Shown one piece after another: positions 52,424 to 64,000 of a stretch of 64,000 nucleotides of DNA. The translations under genes were made by a program, and so were the position numbers. How positions within the stretch are numbered: position 1 is the first letter of the stretch; each line of letters starts with the position of its first letter. This DNA comes from Rotaria socialis (lineage: Eukaryota), in NCBI GenBank assembly GCA_905331295.1, contig CAJNYD010000322.1, forward strand, positions 62,001 to 126,000, in the 5' to 3' direction. The notes under the pieces were generated by a model, which was given only the letters and a program-made list of their open reading frames with translations, ran no database searches and was not told the origin of the DNA.

Positions 52424-55400
52424 CTAATCGAAAAAGGACATTGCATCATCTTCATTTTTTTGTTCTGTAGTTTTAATTGGTCGTTCAGGAGAGATAGGCA
52501 TTGGTGAGCTACGATTTTCTAGTCGAGTTGATGGTGGATTATGATCAGTGGAATTAATTTTCAATGTACCATTCGTTGTATGATGCATTCTATGCGATAT
52601 ATTACGATCAGAATCAGATTGATCAACTATTAATGATGATTTTGGACTCATTAAGCGATTAGTATGATTACCAACATTATCTTCATTATCAGAATTTGTA
52701 GGTGGTGTTCGATCAAGAATAGGTGAACGAGTTCGACGTGCTGGTACCGGTGGACGATAAGATTCATCTAATTTAGAATGTGAATTTATTGTTTTTGTTG
52801 TTTGCGATTGAGAAAGATGATTTGTCATTGCAGCCTTTGATGTGTGTGTTTTAACAGCTGCTGTTGAATCAACGGATTTTTGTTGTTGACTTCGATGTTT
52901 GCTGGTTTTTTTATGATCCTTAAACTGATCATTTCGATATGAATTTGTACTATTAAATGCTATTGTTTCGTCACTTGTTGTAGAATAATCTGATTGGTTT
53001 TCTATTTCGTCTTGGCGATCTAATACAAGTTTTACATTATTAATCTAAGTTTAAATTGTTTGAAAAACAAAAGACTAGTTTAGTAAGCATATAAAAGTTC
53101 TTTTTTTGTGTACTCAAAAAAAATAGAGTACACTATAGAATCGGTCAGTGTGTCCGGCCGTCCGTTTATTCGATAACTCTTCACAATTACATTCGATTGA
53201 GCTGAAATTTTGTGCACAGAATTGTCTTATCAATATCTAGGTCGAGTTCGAAGATGAGAAGGATCCGTCAAGAAATGGCTGAGTTGTCGAAAAAATTGTC
53301 ATTTTTGATCAGACCATCCCTGAGGGGGAGTACAGGGATTTTTCAAAAAAAACTTTTCTCAGAATTATTCACAACATATATAAATCGACTCAGTTTTTAA
53401 CGCTGATTCTAAATCTGATATTAGTTTTGACCTAAACCGTAGCTTTCTAACGAAACATCGCCTGGAAAACGTCTCAAAATTCACAAAAACTCCATCCAGA
53501 AATCAAATTGTCTAGTTTCTCATGATAATTTTCGTGTTCAGGCATTCTAGAATGGCTCATATGTCGCATGCACTTTTTGCAGTACACATAGCTCTCGGAT
53601 GAAATCCGAAGTTTCCACATTTATTTTTAAATATATCGTATCATCTTTTGTTTTGCTATCGAATTTTAAATGAAGAGTTAAGTTGGTCTACTTAAAAAAA
53701 TTAGTCAATTCGTGTAAAATCTTATTTAGATTAAAATCTTAGAAAAATTGATTTAATATTTTTCATACCGTACGCATAACTATTTGTTTTGGGTAGTATC
53801 ACTGAAGTAACTTCGAAATCACGTATTGTCTTTTGATCCGTTGATTTACTCGATAGCCAAGCATTGCACAGAATATCATAAGTTATACTACGTATTGGAT
53901 CTTTAATAGATACTTTATATAAAAACCAACCAGATTCTAAAAATAAAACGACAATATCAAAGTAAAATCCCTACGAATTTTAAAAAATAAATCATTATTG
54001 GAAACATTTACTTATGTCTTTTTGATCATGCCCAATAGTAATTCCAGCTAATTTTCCAACATGATATTTTCGAATAGTAAATACATCTGTTTGACATTTT
54101 AAAAATGGTACACGATGTGTTTCGGAATCGACAAGATCATCGAAATCAGTATATCCATGTGTTCCGTACAGTTTTACACGAATAGGTGCATCTGTTGAGG
54201 CACCATTACAATTTCCTGTTGTAACTGATATTTGATAATCACATAAAATGCCTTTAGTAATAGGTTTTGCTTTGTGCATCTTTAATAGACAAAGAAGAAA
54301 AGAAAACCATGCAATAATTGTTTTATTTCATTTCGATTCATCTATTTTGATATACGTACAATATATGTTGCTTTTGCCAGTTCATTTCTAGTTTTACGTT
54401 TTGCTTTTTTAGGTTCTTGCGTAACAGTTGGAAGCTTTACACTTGCTGATGCATTATTTGAAGATGGTAGCACTTGCTGTGTATTAAATTGATCACTTAA
54501 AATACAATATACATAAATGAAAAATTTCAATTGTTTATTCAATACTTACTCTGCTTGACGAGGCGAAGGATTGGCATTACGTGAATCATAATTTGCTGGG
54601 GCCTAGAATTATTCAAAGAATAAGTTATTATGAATATGTACATTTTTTTCTTATCAAGAAAATATTTTACTTGTTGTGATAAGAATTGTTTTTCATAAAT
54701 TGATCGTCGTGTTTGAATCATAGATGCAAGAATATTTGCTGCATTATCAATTAAGTGATCTTGTCGATGACGTGAAAATTTCGATGCAGATTTTGAATTT
54801 CGTTTTTGAAAATCAGCACTTGATGTTCTAATTTATATTAAAAATAAAATGTTGAATTATATTCCGTAATCTTAGAACTTACAGACTACACGATGAATTT
54901 GATCGTACTGATGGTCTTAAACGAAGTTCAGAGAATTTTTGATTTTCTCTCGGCTAAAAAAATATGAATTGAAATGATTAAATTATTCAAGTTCCTCTCT
55001 GTACTTACTGAATGTTCAGATGAACGCATATGAAAATTTAGTTCATCACGACACAATTGTTTTTCAGCACTAGGTAATGATGTCTAAGAAATATTCAGAG
55101 GCTACTATTAAAAATGTTAACGGAGATGAAAAAGTAAAACTAAATTACATTATGTTGTTTTTGTTGTTTTTGAAAACTGCGTAAATAAATTTTGAGATCG
55201 TTATCTGAGTGATAAGAGCCATAGAGTGGTGGATATTCTTTTGTTGTTCCATACATAAATCGCTGTAAAAATAATGATAGAAAAAAAAAGAACTTTCTAT
55301 TCAATTCAAAATATTCATCGTTCGTGACTTACTGCTTTAAGTGGTATAGAATCACATGCTGAGGAATTTGGATTGAGAATAAAATCATTTTCACGGCGTT

Positions 55401-55601
55401 TCACATCAATATAATGTTTTCTAATCAAAAGAGAAGCATCATATTTATAAAAAAAAAAACGAACAAATATACTGATATAAGAAAAAAAACTTACAAAGTT
55501 TTTGATGTTTCCTTAATAACTGAATGTGATAATCGATCAATAAATGCTGTTTTAGTTGATGACGATGTATTACCATTGTTATTAGTAATCACACGAGCCA
55601 T
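52424..55601 (-). CDS. PLAT/LH2 domain-containing protein, multi-exon
   Basis: YQISVTTGNCNGASTDAPIRVKLYGTHG...FLKCQTDVF...VGKLAGITIGHD, then SGWFLYKVSIKD...YDILCNAWLS (PLAT). Low-complexity flanks; the start (MARVITNN, 55601) is inferred from the exon chain. Confidence 0.72.
53101..53628 (+). mobile_element. Non-autonomous Helentron (HINE/DINE-1-like) in an intron
   Basis: T-run, 5' palindrome GTGTACTC-a-rich-GAGTACAC, GTCC-type microsatellite (gtgtccggccgtccgt), 3' subTIR AGTACACA (53581), hairpin TCGGAT-gaa-ATCCGA, terminal T-run. Confidence 0.8.
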
Positions 55602-57775
55602 AAGGATTTTTGTGTAATACTTTAAAACTTACTCAATCAACGTTGCCAAGTAAATACTTTCAAATATTTAAACACAGTAATCTAAAAGTAGAAAATGAAA
55701 ATTAATTTTACATATCAACTGTGTTTCTTTTTTTTTCTCTTTCCTCATGTTTCTTTCCATGCAATCCGATCTAATTACCTTCTTCTTGATTCGTTCTTCG
55801 AAAACTGTGAGGTTTCACAAAAATTTCACTTCAACTCGACAACAACGATGAAAAACTTATGTGTTTGATGTAGTGATGGTGTTGAGTTGTTCATTTCTTT
55901 TTACCTTCAACAATAATTTATTTCTCCCTTTCTCCTTCTCTGCCTCTTCTCTATTCAGTTATTGTCGTCTCAATTGTAAATTCTCAAGTTCTTCGTTTAA
56001 AATAGAAAAAAGAATTTTTTTTTCTCTGGTATTCTCTTTCATTTGAGATTACGCTCGTGCCAGTTTCATAATACTTTCTTTATTTCTTCTAGAGTAACCG
56101 TGTGTGTCTTTAGTTACAAAACATCAGAGTAGTGTTTTTGTTGAAAAGAAGAAACTAAGGACAAAATAAAAAAGATGTTGCAGCCAGGAAAGGAAAAGAG
56201 AATAAAAGCATATAGAATCAACAACGATGCATGTGTATGCTAGTCAGTTACCTTAGTTATCGTTCTTTTTCTGTGTTATTTTTTAGAATGTCAAATGGGT
56301 TAATATGATGAAGACAAAGAATTATATCGATTCATTGATGCATTTTTCTGGATGCATTTAAATATTAGAGAAAAAGAATCTTAATTGAATTATTTTTTTT
56401 TTGTTTCATGACGATAACAATTGTCAAAGTCAACATTCAAAAAAAAAAGGAAGGATTATAAATTCTAAGAATAATTTAAACCGATGTAGAAAGTCAAGTA
56501 GATTAAATGAAGGATGAATATAAATTTATGGAGGCTGCTAAAAACATTAAATTTTACTTGAAAACACTTGAGTATTGTTCATAGATCGTTTCATAGAGTT
56601 TGATGTGCTGACCATTAATAGGGATGTTTCTAGTCTTTCTATTGTCCTACACGAAAGTGAATTCGATAATGCTTGAACAGTATCGAAATGGGCAAAAACC
56701 GCTTACTTTGAAGGAATTCAGTTTTTTAAAATAAGTTTGTTTTTATGAAATCTTTTGCAAGGTCTCTTCTCTGTTAAACGATTTAAAATTGAATCGAATT
56801 GTCATATTTTATCAGTTTTCAAGGCACGGTTATATCTAAAATGATGCTGTCAAACATCTTTCCGAAAGTTTGCTAAAGCAGTCATTAACATATCTGTTTA
56901 GTTATGTCTACCGAGAAGTGACTTCAATGGTCTTTTCTACTTGACGGACACATCTTAAGGAGGAACCATCATCATGTCCGATCGATTTGTAAATGTTTCC
57001 ATGATCAATAAAATAGGGCATAGTTTTTACTTGACAAATGAAATCCTACAAAAATTCATCTTCAGTTTTACCATTTTGACTATCAAACTGTCAGAAAGGA
57101 GTCTCCAATTGTAGAAGATGATTCAAATTAACTGTGTATTTTTTTTCATATAAAATTTTAAGTTAATTCTAAATATAACGTATAATTGGTTTTTTAACAT
57201 TCTGATGGTCGAAATAATTGCATTTTGAGATTATCTTTTTGATATGATTTTGTTCTTTAGATCACACATTTCCATTTTCTCGCTTGTAAATGAAAAGAAT
57301 TTTTAATAGAAATAAATATAGTTGACACTCTACTTGAACAGTTCTAATCAGGTAAGACCACTGAGTTCGTCGTTTAACATGCAAGACAAGATAGATTTTA
57401 AAGTTTGAGTACTAACCTCTCACTATATAAAGCATTTAGTATCATCACACTGGATACAATTCTAAGTTGAAAGATGAAAATCCTTGAATGTTATACTCAA
57501 TTTTATGTGACATTTAAGAAAAATTGAGTTCTTCACAGTTTTGATACTCTGCAAGTATATATCTGAATCTATTCTGTTACAAGATAATAGAAGCGACTGA
57601 AATGCATGTATTCATGGTCAGTTCGTAAAATTTTATTCGGCAGTACACGAATGAAACCTAAAATAGTTTTTCTTTGAATTTGATACTCTTAACACTTCAC
57701 TTGATTTTATAATGGAAGTTTATTTAGAAAGACAAAAAGAAACATGCTAGACAGAAGACTAGATATATGTAAACA

Positions 57776-59636
57776 TTATGCTGTACTATGGTCATTTGTT
57801 GTTGGTAATAATCGAACCGAATTGAGATCAGAAAATGGTAGAACAATCTGCAATATACATGTGTTAATAAAAACGAAAAGAATAACAAGAAAATGATATC
57901 ACTTACATTTGTCAAATCTTCTGTTGATAATTGTTCTTCTGATGGTGCATAGAATTTTGATGGTTGATCAAAAACTGTTTGAAATGGTTTATCAAGTTGA
58001 ATAGTTAATTCACCCGTAGTTTGATCTACATTCATTACAGTTCCTTCTTTAAATGTTGACATTTTTGGACAAAAATCTTCTCCTAACTCAAGTAACTTGA
58101 ACGCAATGCGTGTTTGAATAGCTGGACATTGTTCAACTGGTGGATAAAGATCATAAATTTTGTCATTGTTTTCAATGGCTTCAGCCACAAGTGGTAATCG
58201 AGCTAATTTATTAAATGATGTTGGCAACGTCTAGCGAAAAAGAAAGAATTTCTTTTACATAGTACTATTTGTTAATTTTACTTGTGGAGTATTAGAAGAT
58301 GATGCATGATATCCATTTGGTGATATCTGTTTTTCAAGTTCATTTTTATCAATACCAAATGCTTGATCAACAAAATTTGCCATCGAAAAATAATCTAACG
58401 CTCGTTTTTTATGTTGTGAACGTTTTTTAGAAAATTGCTGTTTTATTTTTTTTGCTTGACGCTCTTCAGGAGTTTTATGTTGTTTCATTTCAAATAAGAG
58501 ATCAACAGTTTTTTTTGAATTTTTTGCTTCATCTGATATTTTAGCTATATCTGTTGTTTTTGTTATTGTTGGAACGTAATGTATACGAACTGAACTATTA
58601 CTATTATTGACTAGAGGTAATATTGTTATTGATGTTTTCTCTTCATCAGTAATTTGTATTTGTGATATCGGTTCTTCATCGCTGTCAGAATCGAATCGAA
58701 CATGAAGCTTGTCTAGAACAATTCATGATAAAAAATTATAAGATTAAGTAATAGTTACCTTTTACACTGCCTTGCGAAGGTGGTGTTTGTGATTTCCATG
58801 CTGGCGTTTTAGACTTTAAATTTCGAATACGAACATTGGTTGATGAAAGTGATAAGGGTTGTTCTGAAGTAGTTTCTTCTTCAACAATATGTTCCTTTAA
58901 TACAGGTGTTGTTGTCTCTGATATCAATGGTGTTGACTTTACTACTGATGGTGTTTGTTGAGATACTGCAGGTGTTGGTTGTATTATTGGTGATATTGGC
59001 TGTACTTCCGATGGTGGCCTAGTTACAGATCGAATGATTGGTGGAATCATAACTTGATCTTCATTGGATTTAGTTTTTATTTTCTTTTTCGATGATTGTT
59101 CATCGATATTTTCAATCGACTTTGAAATTGTTGATTGTAATGGAACATAATTTTTCACGGATTCGATGCGTTGATGTTCATGACTATTTTCGGATAGAGT
59201 GGATTGTGGTGGTGGTGGCGGTGTTTGAATGGCAATAGAGCAAGATAAATTAAGATTAACTGAATCTTGAAATGATTTATGCTGTAACCTGAAGTTTTTT
59301 AATGGCATAAAGCTAGAAAACAACAAGCATGACTTACAACAGGAGGCAAAAATGATTTTCTTACGTAAGTTGATCATTATCACGTATAATTTGACTAGAA
59401 GTAAATGGTAATAATTGACAATCATTAAGATGAATAAGAAATATTTGTTCATCATCTTTTCCCTCTATGCACAGAGATATTTGATTTTCTATATAATTTG
59501 ATCGAATATCTTCGATTATATCACCGATTGTTAACAATTTTGATGGTTCAAAAGCATACCAAAAGTTATGAAATTCTTTTGTTGAATTATCATCAAACAT
59601 ATATTTTAGACGTATTTGAACCCGAACAGCACTCAT
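57776..59636 (-). CDS. COIL: Coilin
   Basis: N-terminal VQIRLKY...FWY...IGDIIEDIR...LLPFTSSQIIRDNDQL; HVRFDSD; C-terminal Tudor-like YDLYP...IAFKLLEL...PKMSTFKEGTV; TAA at 57776-57778. Confidence 0.85.
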
Positions 59637-62600
59637 AGCTTTTTTTTATTAAAATTCTAGAAAATAAAATCAACAATTTTCTTTTATTTAAAATTTCAAC
59701 TGTAACTGCGTTTCCAAAAGGTCAACTTTTGATATATCATAAACAGTAAGATTGAATAAATCATTTTTTTAAACAAAAGAATAAAAAAAGATCGAGAAAG
59801 TTTATTCAGCAACAAAAATTTTCATTAATACTTGTTCAATCAAAATCATATTCTGTCTAGTCTATCGTTTTTTGTACTGTGTATTATCACGATTTCCTAA
59901 TTTAAACAAAATAAAAAGTCAAATACATTTAAATTTTATTATACAAAGCATTATTAATTAATATAAAATATTCATATTGAATATTGTATAATGAAAAAAA
60001 GCATGCAAATCCATAGTATCAATTTATTCATTAAATGGTTCAACTGTTTTCAGATTCCATTATCCATTTAAGTTGACGAAATTATTTAAATGAACAAGTA
60101 CGCTGTAAATATTGCAAGGATCCGTGTTGATTATGAGTCCATCGATGTGATAAATGGTTGTATGATATATTGAGTAACTAAACAGAATCTATCTGTTTGA
60201 CACAGTCTATATGAAATTTAATGAAACACATTAATCTCTGGCACTAATCCACCAAAGATGGTATGAAATCAGCCACAGGATTAGTTTACATAGTTGATAA
60301 CTACGCCAACCGTATGAATTAAGTTTCATTGATTCATTTCACTTTTAAGATGCTAAGTCATCAACTTAAAATGACGCGTTTGTCTCACATAAAATAAAAA
60401 TTTATTATTAATTTGATTTCTTTTCGTTTTGGTAGCTACGCTATTGTTTTATATGTCTCAAAGTGGAAACATTCGTATTATGAATTATTTTTTTGAAAGA
60501 AAAATCATGTCAAAAAATAATATATAAATAGATATTTGCATAGATAATTTATTTATTGTCAGATTTTAATCAAGACTTTCATTTCCATGATCTATTTTGG
60601 AAACGTTACTCTTGACTTCTTTTCAACAAAAGATCATTAGTTCTGATGCTAATTTAAATCTTATCTGTTCCTATTGTTAACGTCTCATTCACATGGATAG
60701 CCACAGTATAAGCTATTGACTGATATTTTCTATTAGTAAAATGTGATTTAATAGTAGTTTTTCAAATTAAAGGCTGCGATATTTATAAGGTTATTGTGAG
60801 AAAAAAACTAATTCTAGAAAAACTAAATATTTTTTCATCTTACTAAGAACGAATGAAGGAAAATTACTTGAACAGTCAGAAAAATTCTGCTTACATATTT
60901 GTAATCAAGAAATTTTAGAGAGCTACTCGTACTTTTATCTGCCAACTTAACAAAAGTAGAAAAAAATTAATTTATATAAATAAATTAAAAAAAAACAATC
61001 TTTTAGTTTTTGGAAAAAAATCTGTTTGCTACCGGATAAATCAGAGCCAATGAAAGTTGAAACTTTAAGGAAATTTGTTGCTGATTTAGATCTCTGCCTT
61101 ACCCATCAGAATCATATCCAGCCATTTCTTGTTTTTTTTTTATTCCGGACAAATAATCTCCATCAATTGGTCTCAAAAGAATCCTAAAGACGAGATCAAA
61201 TTAAGCTATTGAACAGTGAGCATTCTTTTATTCAATCTATATGATGTTACACCATGAAATTTACACGTTTAAGTATAAATTCTGTTTCATTAGGTTTTTT
61301 CAATAATCGAACTATTTTTGTCTTACAAATAAAAATACTCGAATGTTATACATTTTAGACATGTTGATTTGCTAGATACATTAATTGAAAATCATTTTTA
61401 AATTTATATCTAGAAAATATTCAAAATTAAGTTGAATTATATCTTCATACGTAAAAATAATTGTTAAAAGTGAACTCGTTGAAATAGTAGTGAACTTTGT
61501 TTAATCTTAGAATTCTATGGGAAAAGAAAGGATTTGCTCATGAAATAAAAGCGTGCTTTTAACAAACCATATGAAATGAAGGGAACTTTACATTTAGGTG
61601 TGACAATACATAATTCTACTAGTTTGGTTAAATATTCCATACGAACATAATAATTATAAACCCAGTGAATATCTAATAAAAATCAAATTATAAATACTTT
61701 TTTTTTTAAATTTCAAAGGATTTGTTCATCTGAATACTTTTTTCTCAAATCTTTATTTACAATTAAAAAAATAATATACGTCTACCTGCCATCTTGTTGT
61801 GTTCGCAATAACATAAGTGTTCATATATGTCTATCTGTAGATAATTTAATAATAATGTCAAAATAACAGTCAACCAGCTCGTTCCAATTTCATCGGTAAT
61901 AGTTAATAAATCTTTGGCGGCTGTTTTTTTCTTCTTTTGTTGATTGTAAAAGTAGAAGTTTTCCATGCAACCAGGAAAAGAATCGGTGAAACTAATAATA
62001 AAATAGCATACAACTAAGAATATCATAGCAATTGCAACGATAACAATTGATCTCTGTAGAACAATGACAGGCAGATGAGGATCCAAACAAAACAAGGGGA
62101 GCAATAAGAAAATAAAGGCAAAAGAGAAGTGATTTTATTATTAATTATTTGTAATATTATATTTCACCGTTAAAGATGCAATGAATTAGAAGGTTGAAAT
62201 CAAACCATAGTTTCATGCAGAGATCTGGTTTTCAGTAAAACAAATTCTGATAGAAAATCACAATTGTAAAATGATTGAAATCAACATTAATTATTCTTTT
62301 TTAATTTTCGCGATAGATCTGATTCGATATTTTTGTGTATCAAATAAAGCAAACAAGGTGGAAAAGAGATTTGTGAATTTCAATGAAATTAATAAAATGA
62401 AATGTGACCGGAAATGAGTGAAGACTGTTAAAAATGAAAGAGAAGCACGGATAGTCACTCCAATTAGTTAAAAGTCTATTGATTTCTGATAGTTTTTCAC
62501 TAATTTAGAGATGATCTCATTCATCCATTTATTTATTTCTCTTCTAATGTGACTTAGAAAACAACGTCAACGAACTAAAATTACTTGACTAAGACATGAG

Positions 62601-64000
62601 CCGTGAAAAATAGCAAAAGAAAAGCTCAATTCGAGTTCTTAATCAAACACAGCTCGTGATAAAAATAATAAAGTTAGTTTTATTGAGAAATAAGACATAG
62701 AATGTCTTTGTAATAAATGCAGCAATATGTCAAGTCATTACTTTCTCTTTCAAGACGATTTATTTCCAACTTTTTCCATCTAGACTGCAATGTAAATGTC
62801 ATATTTTAATTAGATCACAATCAAACGATATTTTTCGGAACTGTTCATTAATATTTCTAATTCAATTGCATAGTTTTCTGCTAATGGATACATAGAAATG
62901 AATAGAAATATACAACATATTGACATATCTAACCATACATAGTAATATAAAGCATCGTGTTTTAATTTTTAGAAATTCTGTAAAGTATTCAACAAAAGTA
63001 AGATCTTTGTAAAAAAGAAGTGAAATTCTCTGTCCGATTTATATTTTTGAAAATACTTCACTTATTTAATTGTACTCATAGACTTTTAATGGATATATGA
63101 AAAAATCAATTTTATGGATTAATTTTGTTCTTCGGAAAGCTTATCATAATTTATTTGATATCTTGCGGAGAGTTTAAAAGTTTATTATTTCTCCAGTCTT
63201 AGATACTGTTAAAAAGTAATTTTTAGTCTCTTTTAAATTGAAGCTACAGGTTTGTTAAGAAAATTCTTTATATAACTATTATAAATTAGATTATCCTCTT
63301 AACATAAATATATTAATATGTTAGAGATGACATATTCATCATCTTCAAAAACAATGGGCACCTATTCAATGTGAAATTAAAAAAGATTCATCATAAAATT
63401 TTACTAGTAAAGAAAAATATATGACATATCATCATATACAGCATCACATTAACTTAAACTAATTAAAATTCATCGAACAGATTCATGAGAAACAAAACTT
63501 AATATTATGACATATGTTGAACCTGTCAAAAATAAGATTTCATTAACTATAAATTCTATCTCAAGTTCAAATTATTACGTGAAATACATAGAAAAATAAA
63601 ATTAAAATTAAAATCAATAATCATTCAATTGTAACCCATCTATAACAGCACACGAAATTGCTATATTGATTCATTCATAAAATATAAATACTATTGAATA
63701 GAAGATTCTTCAAAACCATGAACTTTACCTATTCAATATACCAAATGATAATATTCTTCTAATGGCATTTATTTGAATGCCTATTCAAATATTTATCAAA
63801 AAATAAATGTGTCAGATAAATATACATGGCGATCAAATACCCAATTAATAATTTTTGAAACAAATGAATTTAAACAAATTTGACATTCTAGAATAAATGA
63901 AAATACACCCTTGTGTTAAATTATTTAAGTTTTGAAAATGAAGATGAGTAAAAATATAAAATTCCATGATTTCATTATTTCGTTATATAACGATTTTTAA

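Noticed and set aside
56590..57120. LRR-like fragment DAVKHLSESLLKQSLTYL on the plus strand
   Set aside because: Too short and interrupted to call.
61763..62104. Hydrophobic 113-aa ORF, vaguely like channel TM segments
   Set aside because: No ATG start, no flanking exons or diagnostic motif found.
62900..63850. Possible decayed F-box/LRR-type gene
   Set aside because: Only vague compositional resemblance; many stops.
1..64000. CRISPR arrays, tRNAs or prokaryotic operons
   Set aside because: None seen; the sequence is intron-containing eukaryotic DNA, and ERO1 plus QSOX co-occurrence (34 kb apart) is not enough to call a functional cluster.

Overview
AT-rich eukaryotic (animal) genomic DNA with many short (~50-70 nt) GT-AG introns. 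The gene style, the intronless bacterial-like gene and the MITE/HINE repertoire suggest a bdelloid rotifer (inference). Genes at 0.7-15.5 kb form two dense divergent clusters: minus strand ERO1 > TAB1 > DGK-epsilon > SLC17, and plus strand cornichon > RMC1 (with an SRR1-like ORF nested in its first intron, same strand) > a DED protein. Further along are an intronless nitrilase-superfamily gene with a solo LTR just upstream, NTAQ1, BCKDHA, a LysM protein, two 5S rRNA genes, a transposon-rich block, LIN54-like, QSOX, SLC38A11-like, a Tlx homeobox gene, a PLAT-domain gene carrying a DINE-1/HINE-like element, and coilin. Three pseudogenes are visible (double-WAP, flavin amine oxidase, ECHS1-like). 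The most notable signals are the operon-like packing with splice acceptors directly before start codons (candidate SL trans-spliced polycistrons), the nested RMC1/SRR1 arrangement, and the solo LTR next to a probable horizontally acquired amidase. CDS coordinates are start-to-stop spans including introns and were read by eye; no database searches were run.
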